This document shows positions 1-10,717 of a stretch of DNA of 64,000 nucleotides, piece by piece. The notes beneath the pieces were generated by a model. That model saw only the letters and a list, made by a program, of their open reading frames with translations, ran no database searches and was not told the origin of the DNA. Position 1 is the stretch's first letter. Every line of letters begins with the position of its first letter. This DNA comes from Savitreella phatthalungensis (taxonomy: Eukaryota), in NCBI GenBank assembly GCA_051599415.1, contig AP039704.1, positions 186,001-250,000 on the forward strand, written 5' to 3'. The position numbers and the translations under genes are program-made.

Positions 1-304
1 ACGTGACTCGATCCTAGCACTCGCGAGAGAACGGCTGCCGGAGTTCAAGGTGACTGAGCAGCTGTTCACCATGCCGGAAGTCGTCAAGGCATCACAGGAA
101 GGAAGACTTCTGGAGATGTTTGGCGCAGGCACAGCAGTCGTCTGCGCACCCGTCAAGCGCGTCCACTACAACGGCAGCGACATCGATGTACCTCTCCAAG
201 ACGGCAAGGAGGCAGGACCGATCGCAGAGAAGATGGTCAACTGGATCACAGGCATTCAGTACGGTGAAGAGGACGGTCACCCATGGTCTGTCGTGGTATC
301 ATAA
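1..304 (+). CDS. BAT1: Branched-chain amino acid aminotransferase, C-terminal fragment (5' truncated by window)
   Basis: Frame is open from nt 2 (RDSILALARE...). Contains the class IV aminotransferase motifs GRLLEMFGAGTAVV and IQYG..HPWS. BAT1 versus BAT2 paralog not resolvable. Confidence 0.92.
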   Translation, partial: RDSILALARERLPEFKVTEQLFTMPEVVKASQEGRLLEMFGAGTAVVCAPVKRVHYNGSDIDVPLQDGKEAGPIAEKMVNWITGIQYGEEDGHPWSVVVS

Positions 305-1542
305 GGGCATGTCTCTGACAGAATCAACACGTGAAGATCTAGATTGGACGTGATTCAGGTGTGACGTTCAAGCATCAATGCATATCTGACACCTTTGTCT
401 ATTGTCTACCGGTAGATTGTCTTGTCTTGTGGCATTCACGTGTGTCTATTGTCAATGTACTCACTTGAGTGATGAGTTTGTTGAATCCTCCTAAACCCTG
501 TATACGTATATACGTACTGTGTTAAGTGAGTCTGCTGCTGGTGAGAACAGTGTGGATCGAGGATTCTATTCATAGTAACTGTATTTGGAATGAGCACCCT
601 GTGGCAGCCAATCAAAATACTCTCCATTCAATCAATCCTCATTCATCCAACTCCATACAATTCCATCAAATACAGGTTCAAATCCAGCAATAGAATTGTC
701 TCATATGTGCAGAAGGTGAGAAGATCATTTTCCCCCTCTCCTATTCTATCCAGTCTCCTTGAGGAGTCCAACGCTTCCGCATGTATCTGAGACACGGCAA
801 ACCCCTCTCTCTCTCTCTCTCTCTCTGTCTCTCACTCTCGCTTTCTCTTCTTCTTAAATCGCCTGCCCGCACAGTCTTCAGAATCTACACACACAGACAC
901 ACATACACACAAACCAACGTACATACACACATACACACAGACAGAACAGACAGAACAGGCTGACAGCTCTCAAGCCCTCTACAGTTATCCATGAGCTACA
1001 TCCACCTGCTGTAGCTACATACGCCTCTCCCCCTTTTCCCTTTTCCCTTCTACCGCCAATAACCTTCCGGTCATGGAAGGGAGTTGCAGAGGATGTGCGT
1101 CAATCACTCAAGATGAGGAGCAACATGGCTTTCACCGGACAAGTCATTGTCTGAGTGGGTGAGCGGGTGAGTGAGTGAGTGAGTGAGTGAACTTTTGTAG
1201 ATGAGGTCAGCTTCTTTGAACATCGTCTTACAGACGTGACGCGACATACACAGGACGCGCGCTCAACAACACAAGGACTTCTTGTCCTCGGAAGACACCA
1301 GAAGATTAACTTAAAAAAAAGGACCTCTGTACTGTACGGTATAACGATACAACGGTCTGATTCCAAATTAGGAAGATATTCAACATCCATAAAACACCTC
1401 CTTTGCTCTAAAGAGATCAAAGGAGTCAACAGCCGTTACCGCTCAACAGCAAGAGCCAGAAGAGCACAGACCTCCTTTAACACAAAAAAGATCCTAGTTC
1501 TGCAGAGTGCCACTCCTTCAGGAGACTTGTCGATGAACCATC

Positions 1543-3540
1543 ATGTCACAGACTGAAGCTCTGACAGCGGAGACGGTCACCGTCACCGGCCCTTACAACA
1601 TACCTTGCTCGCCCGTGCCCGAGCTCGACAACGCATCCACCACCTCAGCCTCGTCGCCCGCCACATCGACGTGCTCGCCGACGCGAGGCACACACACGCG
1701 CTCAGACACGCCCCATCACCTTGACACACGCCTCTTCTCTCAAACGGAGACACCTGGCAGGCTACCCGACAAGGTCCGCGTGGCAGAATCTCCGACACAA
1801 TACATTCGCGCTGCGCTCAAATCTGCACAAGACGCATACCACGACCATCACTTAAGCGGCGCTAAGCTCGATACTGCCTTGAACCAAATCCCACGACGCA
1901 GACTCGTCCGCTCCTTCACCACCGTTTCTTCTTTCCCGTCTGCGCACAAGTCGCTTTCAGACCTCGGACCACAGAGGCCAGCATCCGCGTCCCGGAGATC
2001 GTCAAAACCTCTCGACAAGCGCCGTTCTATCCTCTCCTGGGCGGGACTGCCATTCACCGAGAGCACGGCGAGTAGCACGACCGCCGAGCACGAGTTCGAC
2101 CACACGACGACCTACGCCAGCAGCGAAGGTGCCTCCACACGCGACGACATCCAGGAAAGTTGGCGACTCTCTGCATTCTGGTTGAGCGTTGAGCAGGATC
2201 CGACCACGACGCCGAAGAGTATGATGCAGCAAAAGCAGCTTATCATCCCGGTCTCACCGGCAATCCGTCCTCATCAAGCGACAGACAACCTGCCTTCGCC
2301 AAACGTCTTTGTTCGCGACCTCGACAGATTCCCACATGGTCACCCTGACTCACCACTGTACACTCACCTAGCCGCCACAGAGTGCAAGGCTGACCCGTCC
2401 CTGACACTCTCTCAGCTCTCGCAGAAGCTGGCTGCAGCGACGACAGATACCACAACCGACCAACCTGCCGGCATGACTCGCAGTGGCAGCAACCTTTCCT
2501 CCTGCTCCCAGCACTCTGCCGTCTCCACAGTCGCGAGCACGGACGACGACGAAGAGCTGAACCCCTCTCGCGATGGCGCCGGTGCCGGTGCCGGTCCTGG
2601 CAAAGGTCTCTGGGGGATGATCCGTGGGTGGCGCAAAGAGGGCGACAACAGCACTTCCTCCTCGCACGCTTCCCTGCCCTCTCCGGACACCACCACCTCC
2701 ATCACGAATGCGAACCCAGCGGCCTGGAAATCCGTCATCCACCTCCCCTCAACCGACCCCACATCCCTTCCCCCTCCCGTGCCCGCACTCCCCAGCGCCG
2801 CAGGCGCCTGCGGGTGCACCGCGTCTGCCGACCTTGCGTCTGCACTGGAGGCCCGTCGCGCTCTAGAGGACACGCTCGAGCGTGTTGAGAGTGAGGCGAC
2901 GCGACTTTGCGGCCGGATTGTTCCGACGGACATGGAGGTTCACGAACGTGGGTCTCGGGAGTACATGGCTGACGTGTTGACTGCGGTCCGCGTTGCCGTG
3001 GACGAGTACCAATCCACGAGTGACCTTCTCCGCTCTCAACTGAGAGCCGCCCATGCAGCCCTTCTCGCAGCCAACCTGCCCATCCCATCAACCCCTGCGT
3101 CCGAAAACGACCTACTCCAAGAACTGGAAGCCACAGCGTCACAGCGTGACGCTCTGCGTGAGACGACGCATGGGTTGCGTCAGCGGGTGATGGTGCTGGA
3201 ACGCCGGCTGGCGTGTAGTAAGGGAGGTCGGAGTATTATGGAGAAGGATTTGATCGGGTTGAATGTGATCCCATCCCCACCCACCACGCCTCCCCACACA
3301 GCATCCACACCGGCTAGAGGTAAAGGCTTCACACTCAGATCACTAGGAACTTCACAACGGCCCAACTCCCCACCATCGCCATCCACGCCCGAAAAGGGAG
3401 ATGGGGTTGTGAAGACGATGGTGAAACGATTTTCTGAAGGTGGTGGTGGTGGTGCGGCGGCAGCGTATCCATCGCCTGTTGGGAGTCCCGTGGTCGAGAG
3501 TGGTCGGGTTGCTAGACTTGCTGCTGCCGTGACGGCGTAA
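1543..3540 (+). CDS. Hypothetical protein, Ser/Thr/Pro-rich and disordered, with C-terminal predicted coiled coils
   Basis: 665-aa ATG ORF with heptad-like segments (LEARRALEDTLERVESE; LQELEATASQRDALRETTHGLRQRVMVLERRL). No family recognised. Confidence 0.75.
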   Translation: MSQTEALTAETVTVTGPYNIPCSPVPELDNASTTSASSPATSTCSPTRGTHTRSDTPHHLDTRLFSQTETPGRLPDKVRVAESPTQYIRAALKSAQDAYHDHHLSGAKLDTALNQIPRRRLVRSFTTVSSFPSAHKSLSDLGPQRPASASRRSSKPLDKRRSILSWAGLPFTESTASSTTAEHEFDHTTTYASSEGASTRDDIQESWRLSAFWLSVEQDPTTTPKSMMQQKQLIIPVSPAIRPHQATDNLPSPNVFVRDLDRFPHGHPDSPLYTHLAATECKADPSLTLSQLSQKLAAATTDTTTDQPAGMTRSGSNLSSCSQHSAVSTVASTDDDEELNPSRDGAGAGAGPGKGLWGMIRGWRKEGDNSTSSSHASLPSPDTTTSITNANPAAWKSVIHLPSTDPTSLPPPVPALPSAAGACGCTASADLASALEARRALEDTLERVESEATRLCGRIVPTDMEVHERGSREYMADVLTAVRVAVDEYQSTSDLLRSQLRAAHAALLAANLPIPSTPASENDLLQELEATASQRDALRETTHGLRQRVMVLERRLACSKGGRSIMEKDLIGLNVIPSPPTTPPHTASTPARGKGFTLRSLGTSQRPNSPPSPSTPEKGDGVVKTMVKRFSEGGGGGAAAAYPSPVGSPVVESGRVARLAAAVTA

Positions 3541-3602
3541 GAATAATATATAGAAAGAATCTATGTACATAGTCAAGACACACATACCAATCCCACGTCA
3601 TT

Positions 3603-6143
3603 CTATAACAACGATGCGTATGCGTCTAGTCCTGACTTTTTCTGAGCTGACTGCGGTCGTACCGACCCAGCAGGCTGTTGGAAGTTTGTGGTGGGTGGTG
3701 GAGGGATGTTCGTGGAGGAGGATTGCCATGCGGTGGTGGTGGGATTGGTTGTCGGTGGTGGAGCGATTGAAAAGCCGTTGTTGTAGACAGCCGATGTGTC
3801 AATGTTGTAGTTTGGCCTGGTGCTGCCGGTATTCTGCATCTGGGTGAAAGATGAGGTTTTCTGAGGCGGCGTCGGCCGAAGCGGTGGCTGCGAGAATGAT
3901 AGTGCACTCATGCCTGTCGTCGTTGGAGCAAGGGCGGGTGCGGGAGCAGGCGCAGGTGTAGACCAAGAGAATGGGGCACGCGTGGCTGAGTTAGTGTTGG
4001 CACTAGGTTGAGCTGGTGGTCTGGAACCCGCAGATGTGGTGGTGGTCTGCCCGAATGATAAACCTGACAATCCGTTGCCTGCGGCTGAAGTTGCCGTCGA
4101 GGGTTGCTGACTATACGTCTGGGAGGTCTGTGGTTTGCCGCCGAGAACAAGCTTCTCGAATGACATTTCCTGCGGAGGGTTATTGCCGGATGATGCGCCT
4201 TGGTCATCGGTGAGCAGATCTCCTCCAGAGCCCCGGACGCCATTGCTCGAGAGTGATGACGCAGGACCGTCTTGTAGCTTTGTTGCCTGTGCATCTGCTA
4301 CGTTGGATGTGAGCTGCTTGATGAGCGTCGCGAAGCGTCCGAACTGGAGCTTGTTCAGGAGCGATCCAAGGGCGAAGGTCCAGAGGATAGGTAGAACTTC
4401 GAGAGCGAGCGTCTCGGAATCAAGTCTGTCTGCCTTTGAGCCAGCCATGGCGGCGCAGAGATCTAGGATTGCCATTGAGACATCTGGCTCTTTCGTCTTG
4501 ACGGCTTTGAGTAGTGGGATCAGCTTCTCGGTGATGGTGAACTTGTCGAGCGCGGTCTGTGGGGAGGAGACCATGACGCAGAAGGTTTTGAGACACGCGA
4601 CCTTTACGCTCAGCATCGTTGTCTTGGCGAACGTGTCTGCGATCTTGGGAAATAGCGCAGTCTTGACTGTTACAAGGTCTAGATCCTTGACAAGATCGGA
4701 AGCCTGTGCGACGGCGACTTCGCAGAGGTATGGCGTCGTCGACGCGAGCGAGACGTAGACGAGCGGCATCACATCTTCCTTGAGCTCGAGCGCAGTCACT
4801 TTGGTCTTGATGATTGGCAGCTTCTCAAGCAGATAGTGCTGGGCGCGTGGCGCGTCCTCTAGGATGAAGATCGGCTTGAGACGCGGAAGGACAGACTCCG
4901 AGAAGACTTTCTGCGGCATCGCCTCGCAGATGATGAAGATGTTCGGCAAGGTGAGCGGCAACAAAGCGTGATCTTGAAATTGGTCCATCAAGCCTGGGAG
5001 AATCTTCTTCGTCAAGACACGCGGTGGGAATTGAGGAATGACAGAGCCCAGGCCACGCATGAAAGACTGCCGCTCTGATGCAGTCTTCTCCGGGAAAGCA
5101 TCGAGGAAGCGGATCGAGTTCATCAAGATGTTGTCAAAGAAGGGCGAGGTCGCAAACGCCTGGGCAGAGAGCCGATGGGCAGGTCTCCGGGTCAGCAATT
5201 GCGGAATAACGTCGCGCAAATACGGCGGAACGCCCTGCAGGTTGTGGACATTGAGACTATCCGCCTGCTTGCGGTAGAGGTGCAGATTTTGATTGCAGTC
5301 GATCGGTGAGCGCCTCTTTTGCGAGACTAAAGCACAGACAAGACATCCGAGCGAGTACATGTCGTTGAGTGGGTCGACTTGCTCATCGAGCACGCTTTCT
5401 GGCGCAGCAAAGTCTAGGTTTCGCTGAACGGATCTCGGAAGGCGCGGGTCAAAGTCAGGCGCATCGAATCTGGTCATCGAGCTGCCTGCTGGATTGGCCT
5501 CCTTGTTCTGTGGCACCGCGAAGGAGAAGCCCGCAAGTTTCCAGTCGCCCTTGGCGTTGATGAGGACTGCGTCTGGGACGAGATTGCCATGCACCATTTT
5601 AGCGATGTTTTGTAGGAACTCGAGGCCGATGGTGACCTGGAGCAGACCCTTCTGAATTTCAATCTCGTCCAGACGGTCTGATGAGGAGCGGTGGCGGCGC
5701 TGTTGGTTGAACGAGTCGGCAGAGTCGTCGTAGCCCTCAACCATGCTTGCTAGACAGCCTGTGACGCGCTCAGTGACAAAAATTAGACTGTTGCGAGTCT
5801 CCTCGACTGACTCGACGACTTCGAGCATAGCGGGATGTCGTAGACGCGCAAGTGTCGCAGCCTCTTGCTTTAGTTGCTGAACCACGGCGTCTTGTGCTTG
5901 CCTGAGTGAGGCAGAAGAGCTTCCTCGCGTATCGCTGAGACCGCGCGCCATGCTGGCAGCTTGCTCGAAGGAGCGCTTGCTGAAAGTGAGCACGGACACT
6001 TCCTGCTTCGTGCTCTTCTTGACGGCGTCTTGGCAGAGCCATGGTCCGGCGGTGAAGCCGGAATCTGCGTCGATCACATACGCTGATTTGATTGCCGAGC
6101 CTGTAGTAGCTGACGCTGCAAAGGACTTGATCGAACTGAGCAT
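3603..6143 (-). CDS. SCY1: SCY1/SCYL2-family pseudokinase with HEAT repeats (Ppk32-like)
   Basis: LARLRHP, FVTERV, IQKGLLQ, VHGNLVPDAVLINAKGDWKLAGF (pseudokinase substitutions), LDFAAPE, followed by a helical repeat region and a low-complexity tail. Confidence 0.9.
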   Translation of the reverse strand: MLSSIKSFAASATTGSAIKSAYVIDADSGFTAGPWLCQDAVKKSTKQEVSVLTFSKRSFEQAASMARGLSDTRGSSSASLRQAQDAVVQQLKQEAATLARLRHPAMLEVVESVEETRNSLIFVTERVTGCLASMVEGYDDSADSFNQQRRHRSSSDRLDEIEIQKGLLQVTIGLEFLQNIAKMVHGNLVPDAVLINAKGDWKLAGFSFAVPQNKEANPAGSSMTRFDAPDFDPRLPRSVQRNLDFAAPESVLDEQVDPLNDMYSLGCLVCALVSQKRRSPIDCNQNLHLYRKQADSLNVHNLQGVPPYLRDVIPQLLTRRPAHRLSAQAFATSPFFDNILMNSIRFLDAFPEKTASERQSFMRGLGSVIPQFPPRVLTKKILPGLMDQFQDHALLPLTLPNIFIICEAMPQKVFSESVLPRLKPIFILEDAPRAQHYLLEKLPIIKTKVTALELKEDVMPLVYVSLASTTPYLCEVAVAQASDLVKDLDLVTVKTALFPKIADTFAKTTMLSVKVACLKTFCVMVSSPQTALDKFTITEKLIPLLKAVKTKEPDVSMAILDLCAAMAGSKADRLDSETLALEVLPILWTFALGSLLNKLQFGRFATLIKQLTSNVADAQATKLQDGPASSLSSNGVRGSGGDLLTDDQGASSGNNPPQEMSFEKLVLGGKPQTSQTYSQQPSTATSAAGNGLSGLSFGQTTTTSAGSRPPAQPSANTNSATRAPFSWSTPAPAPAPALAPTTTGMSALSFSQPPLRPTPPQKTSSFTQMQNTGSTRPNYNIDTSAVYNNGFSIAPPPTTNPTTTAWQSSSTNIPPPPTTNFQQPAGSVRPQSAQKKSGLDAYASLL

Positions 6144-7009
6144 GTCGAACGCGTGGGATCTTTCTACCAGCAGTGCATGTTGAAGGCAGGGACGATACGC
6201 AAGCGAGACGTGTCTAAACGAGTGTCAAAGCCGGACGCTCAGGCAACCGTGCAGGATCAAGGTAACCGTCTTGGAGAGGCACTGCGAGTACGTCAGATGC
6301 CGTAGTCCACGTCCTTGTAACGCTTGCTGGCTATTCTGATGACGCTGGCCTCATTTACAGTGATTACCCTAACGATATGGTTGCCGTGCATTTGATTGCT
6401 TGGCTGACATGGGCTAGCATTGTTTGGTGAAACGCCATGGAACACAAATCACGTGTTAACCATGCACACCACTGGGAGTGGAAAGCAAAAAGTCAAGTAG
6501 CAACTTGCAATTGCCTTGACAAGCTCTCATAGTACGGCTCGCCGTAGGACAATACCATCTATCGGTCGGCTCAAAATAGCATGACACTCATGAGTCGACA
6601 ACATTAAGGCAGAATTGCTCGATGACTTTTGTCACAAAGGTGGAGGTTGCAGGTTGCAGTAAAGTATATATTTTGGTCGTTAGAGGTTGGGAGTATGCTC
6701 CGAGTGTCTTGTAGCAGTGACAGAGGGTCGAGGTAGTCGGTCATAGCAGGTACAGCGAGAGAGGTGGGAATGTCAAACAGCGGTCTCCAGGGATATGTGT
6801 CGCGCAGTAGTTCATATACCCATGTCTTCTCCAACACAGTCCTTGCTTCGACGTACTATGACCTTCGCGTCAAAAGAATCCGACATGAGTCGCAGCATGA
6901 TGGCCCGTCCTTCGTCATGCCAGGGATGTGGTGATGTGTAGTGATGTGGATAGAAGTGCAAATGCGTGCGTCGAAAAGAGCGATGTCCTGTTAATCAGGT
7001 GCGTAACTT

Positions 7010-7387
7010 TTATGCGCGGACGGCGTACTTGCGCTGAGGGAAGTTGGACAGACGCTTGTGGACGCGCTCGGTGACCTTGTTGGCCTGGTTCTTCGACAGT
7101 CTGCGGCGGATTGCGCGAGTCTGACGAACACGGAGGTCAAGAGGCAGGTGCTTCTTGTTCTTGTACTCCTGACGGACTGCGTCGCGCGAAGAAAGCTGAA
7201 TGACGGTGAGGACACGAGCGATGTTCTTGCGGACGTCGTGGATCTTTGTCACCTTCGATGATGCGCCGCCAGCAACCTTCTGAACCCGGAGCGAGGCGAG
7301 CTCCTTGCGGAGGTCCTCAAGCTGCTGCAGCAGCTCTGCCTTGTTGGACTTCTTCAGTGTGTGTGCTGCCACCTTGTTGCCGGCCAT
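7010..7387 (-). CDS. RPL35: 60S ribosomal protein L35 (uL29)
   Basis: ELLQQLEDLRKELASLRVQKV, VRKNIARVLTVI, KNKKHLPLDLR, TRAIRRRL, FPQRKYAVRA. Coding region uninterrupted. Confidence 0.97.
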   Translation of the reverse strand: MAGNKVAAHTLKKSNKAELLQQLEDLRKELASLRVQKVAGGASSKVTKIHDVRKNIARVLTVIQLSSRDAVRQEYKNKKHLPLDLRVRQTRAIRRRLSKNQANKVTERVHKRLSNFPQRKYAVRA

Positions 7388-7484
7388 TGTATGAGATGTG
7401 TCGGGGGTGTCGAACGTAAAATATTAGAGGCTTCGACTTCTTACAGACAGAGCGCTCGATCGTACAGCAGATTCCACAGGCTGA

Positions 7485-7760
7485 GTGCTACTGTGGTGCT
7501 ACGATTCCTCGTGCTGTTGCTGTTGCTGCTGGTAGTGCTGCGCGTGCTGGAGTTTGCTCCTGCTGCTGCTCCTGGTGCTGCTGCTACGACGCTGTAGTGA
7601 CAATGATGGTGGTGATGGTGGTGGTGATGGTGGCAGTGGTACGGGTAGTATGGTGTTGCTGCAACGGCGGTTCTGGTTTGATCGTTCTCGGTTGCGCTCT
7701 GAATATTCTTTCTCTCTTTCTCTTTCTCTTTCTCTCTCTCTCTTCTCCTTCACCTACACA
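7485..7760. repeat. Low-complexity upstream region of RPL35: GCT/GGT trinucleotide runs, GTGCT array, CT-rich tract
   Basis: Directly visible: tgctgttgctgttgctg, ggtggtgatggtggtggtgatgg, tctctctttctctttctctttctctctctctc. Confidence 0.85.
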
Positions 7761-7971
7761 CTATTTCGTTCTGTATTAATCTTTACGGTCGATCTACTGT
7801 CTATTTCAAAATTCCAATTCTCAATAACAATTTGTCCCTGATCTTGCCAATCTCACGCTCATTTCAGACTGATCACGTTGGTGGAAAATAATATGCCGCC
7901 ACATTTCAAATATGATTTTGTGGCGTCTGACTTCCCGAAGGCGAAATGAGCACGTGCTACTTAGCACGCCT

Positions 7972-8005
7972 GTGGGGCATACTCCCCGGAGTATTTCGTC
8001 CTCAC
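7972..8005. repeat. Copy 1 of dispersed element GTGGGGCATACT...TTTCGTCC(C)TCAC
   Basis: Shares a 12-mer and a ~12-mer, in the same order, with 10822-10850. Confidence 0.8.
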
Positions 8006-8195
8006 GTCACAGCGTCCGTGCAAACATGCATGGAAGACCCGACTATGAGATTGCCTCAACAGGTTCTTGATTTTAGACGGTCGTTCGCTTTCTTCACTGC
8101 TTTGAATACGTGACTATACTACGGTGTGATCTTTCCTTTTACTGCAAATCTTCTGGTCGCCTACTTGACAGCCTTGCCTGCTTTTTGTCATGTCT

Positions 8196-10181
8196 CTACA
8201 AGTCAGACTTGACCCGCTCTGCAGCCTCTTGTGCCTTCTGGTAACCGACGCCCGATGCCTTCTTGACAAAGTCAAAAAGCGAGCTCAGACCATCGGAAGC
8301 AATCTGGGCTAGTGGTGAACCAGCGACGGGACCGGTCTGGCCATTTGCAAAGTAGTGACCGTGCTTGCGTGCGAGGGCGATGAGCTCGTCCTTGGCACCG
8401 TTCTGTGGCACAGACACACCGTACGAGTCGAGGTAGGCCTTCAGGTCAGAGCTCGACCACGAGTCAAAAGCGTATGCTTTGACGTTGTTGTATTGAGCCT
8501 CGGCCTGCTTTGCAGCTGCGTTACCCTGCTTCTTCAACTCGGCATACCCCTTGGCAGTCTGACGCTCGAGCTCGTCACGAGACGCGGCTGCAGCGCTGTC
8601 AAGCTTGATCTTGGCATCCTTGGCGAACTTGTTCAACTCCTCGTTCGACCAACCAGCAAAGTCATCGGCAGAGATACGTGCGTTGCGCGCATTCTTGCGA
8701 GCCAACGCCACGATCTCGTCCTTCTTGCCGTTCTGCGGCACAGGCACGCCACGTGCGTCCAGGAAAGCCTTGAGTTTGCTGTCGGACCAGGCATTGAACA
8801 GGAAGTTGTCTGTGCCAAGAGCAGCCTCAGATGCCTGGGCAGCGGCTTCGCCAGCCTTAGCACGTGCGTCTGCATAGGCAGCACCTGCCTTCTCCTTGGC
8901 TGCACCAGCGTACTCTGCAGCCTTTGCGCTGCCAGCCTCGTATGCCTTGTCAGCCTGCTTCTTGCCCTCAGCAGCGTATTCCGCAGCCTTGTCGCTAGCG
9001 GCGTCGTATGCCTTGCTGGCCTGCTTCTTACCCTCAGCGGCATACTCGGCAGCTTTGTCGCTTGCGGCTTCGTACGCTGCCTTGCCCTGCTTCTTTGCCT
9101 CCTTGGCTGCCTTGTCGGCCTGCTTCTTGGCCTCCTTTGAAGCCTTGTCTCCGTACTCTGCAGCCTTCTCGCTTGCAGAATCGTAGGCTGCCTTGCCGTG
9201 CTTCTTGGCCTCCTTAGCAGCCTTGTCAGCCTGCTTCTTAGCCTCCTTAGACCACTCCTGGCCCTTGGCCTGTGCCTTCTTTGACGCAGCGTCGGCGTAC
9301 TCACCTGCAGATGCCGCAGCATCTTCGTAGAGCTCACCTGCCTTATTACGGAGCGACTTTGAGTTCTTGCGAGCAAGAGCGCGAAGCTCGTTGATCTTAG
9401 AACCTTGTGGGACAGGGATGCCGTTCTCGTCGAAGACCTGCTTCAGCTTGGACTCCGACCACGTATCGTAGACCGTTGAGCCGGAACCGAAGACGTTGGC
9501 GTAAGCAGCGGCGGCCTGGTCGGACAGGGACTTAGTGTTTTTGCGGAATGATGCAAGGATGGACTCCTTTGTGCTGCCCTGCGGAACGGGAATGCCGCGA
9601 GCATCGGCCCAAGCCTTGAGGTCAGAGTCAGTCCACTGGCCAAAGAGGGTGTCGTACATCGAAGGACCGATAGAAGCGAGGTTCGAGTAACCAGAGCGGG
9701 CACTGCTCAAGAGGGAGTCACGGTTGCGTGGCGAAGGATTCGGAATCTTGTGGTAGTCGAGGAAGCTCTTGAGCTGCGAGTCTGTCCACGAGTCGAGGAT
9801 CCAGTCAGACAGCGAGTTGGTAGAGGCCTCTGCTGTGTTGGCTGCATCGCTGTAGGATGATTGGACGAGCTTGACTAGCTCGTCCTTCTTCGCGCTCGCC
9901 AGATCAGCAGAGGTCTGACCGGACTCTACGAGCCAGTCGCGGAGCTGGGACTCTGACCACTGGTCATATGGTGGGGTAAGCTTGTTCCAATTTGCCTCGA
10001 CAGTGTCGTAGAGTGCCTGACGGTCACTGGCCTCTGGGAAAGGAACCTTGTGGTCCTTGAGCCAACGCTCAAGCTTGGTCTCATGCCAGTTGTTGTAGAG
10101 CTTCTCTGTCGGCCACTGGAAGGCGGTCGAAGGTGCAATCAGGGCTGCAAGCGCAATCGCGGTAGCAACGGAATTCTTCAT
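8196..10181 (-). CDS. ish1: Ish1/Msc1-like stress-responsive nuclear envelope/ER lumen protein with LEA-like repeats
   Basis: N-terminal signal peptide, multiple Ish1-type repeats (W[ST]DS.LK.[FW]LD..G[IV]PVPQ), an Ala/Lys-rich LEA-like block, and C-terminal KSDL. Confidence 0.85.
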   Translation of the reverse strand: MKNSVATAIALAALIAPSTAFQWPTEKLYNNWHETKLERWLKDHKVPFPEASDRQALYDTVEANWNKLTPPYDQWSESQLRDWLVESGQTSADLASAKKDELVKLVQSSYSDAANTAEASTNSLSDWILDSWTDSQLKSFLDYHKIPNPSPRNRDSLLSSARSGYSNLASIGPSMYDTLFGQWTDSDLKAWADARGIPVPQGSTKESILASFRKNTKSLSDQAAAAYANVFGSGSTVYDTWSESKLKQVFDENGIPVPQGSKINELRALARKNSKSLRNKAGELYEDAAASAGEYADAASKKAQAKGQEWSKEAKKQADKAAKEAKKHGKAAYDSASEKAAEYGDKASKEAKKQADKAAKEAKKQGKAAYEAASDKAAEYAAEGKKQASKAYDAASDKAAEYAAEGKKQADKAYEAGSAKAAEYAGAAKEKAGAAYADARAKAGEAAAQASEAALGTDNFLFNAWSDSKLKAFLDARGVPVPQNGKKDEIVALARKNARNARISADDFAGWSNEELNKFAKDAKIKLDSAAAASRDELERQTAKGYAELKKQGNAAAKQAEAQYNNVKAYAFDSWSSSDLKAYLDSYGVSVPQNGAKDELIALARKHGHYFANGQTGPVAGSPLAQIASDGLSSLFDFVKKASGVGYQKAQEAAERVKSDL

Positions 10182-10708
10182 GATTTGACTCTGATAATTG
10201 ACACACTGCTAGCGTTTTCAACACTGTCTTGTATCGGAGCTGCGTCGAGCTCTGGCGCTGCGTAGGCAGTCCGTTCGCTGGTGATTGTCTGGATGTCGTG
10301 GCCAGTAGACCTTGGCGTGGTTGTGGGCAAGGGGTTAGGATGTTGGGTCCTAGTGGTCGTGATGGTGGCAGTGATGGTTGGTGGTTGGAATTCCACGAAG
10401 GGTCATAGAACTGATTGATTGAAGAGAGTGGGCTTGCTGCTAGTGGGGATGAACACGTAGTCGCTATTGATCCAGGCTGACTATCGAGGCTCTAGCTACT
10501 CACTGGCTACCCACTGGGGTGGCTAATTCTGATGCCCGTGCGCGCTCACAAGCAACAAAGATGACCTAGCTGCTTTGGCTATACTGGCTATTGAAATGTG
10601 CGTCATAGGTATTCGACAACCTGGCAATAAACTCGTTTCTTTTGACCAATCAGTGAACAAGGCGAATATCTGGCCTGGATCAGCTATTCAAGTGCAATCG
10701 ATGCATAA

Positions 10709-10717
10709 ATGACGTCA
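10709..10717. promoter_or_regulatory. CRE (Atf1/Pcr1-type) site ATGACGTCA upstream of the ish1-like gene
   Basis: Perfect TGACGTCA palindrome ~530 bp upstream of the start codon. S. pombe ish1 is known to be induced through the stress MAPK pathway. Confidence 0.5.

Noticed and set aside
7499..7841. Short ORFs upstream of RPL35 (poly-ER/Q or poly-L/G)
   Set aside because: Translation products of microsatellites in a promoter region.
7972..8012. Hammerhead ribozyme resemblance on the minus strand (GTGAGGACGAAA + stem; CTGGTGAGGGACGAAA in copy 2)
   Set aside because: The CUGANGA core is absent or mutated, stem II is essentially missing, and the would-be cleavage triplet is AUG rather than NUH.
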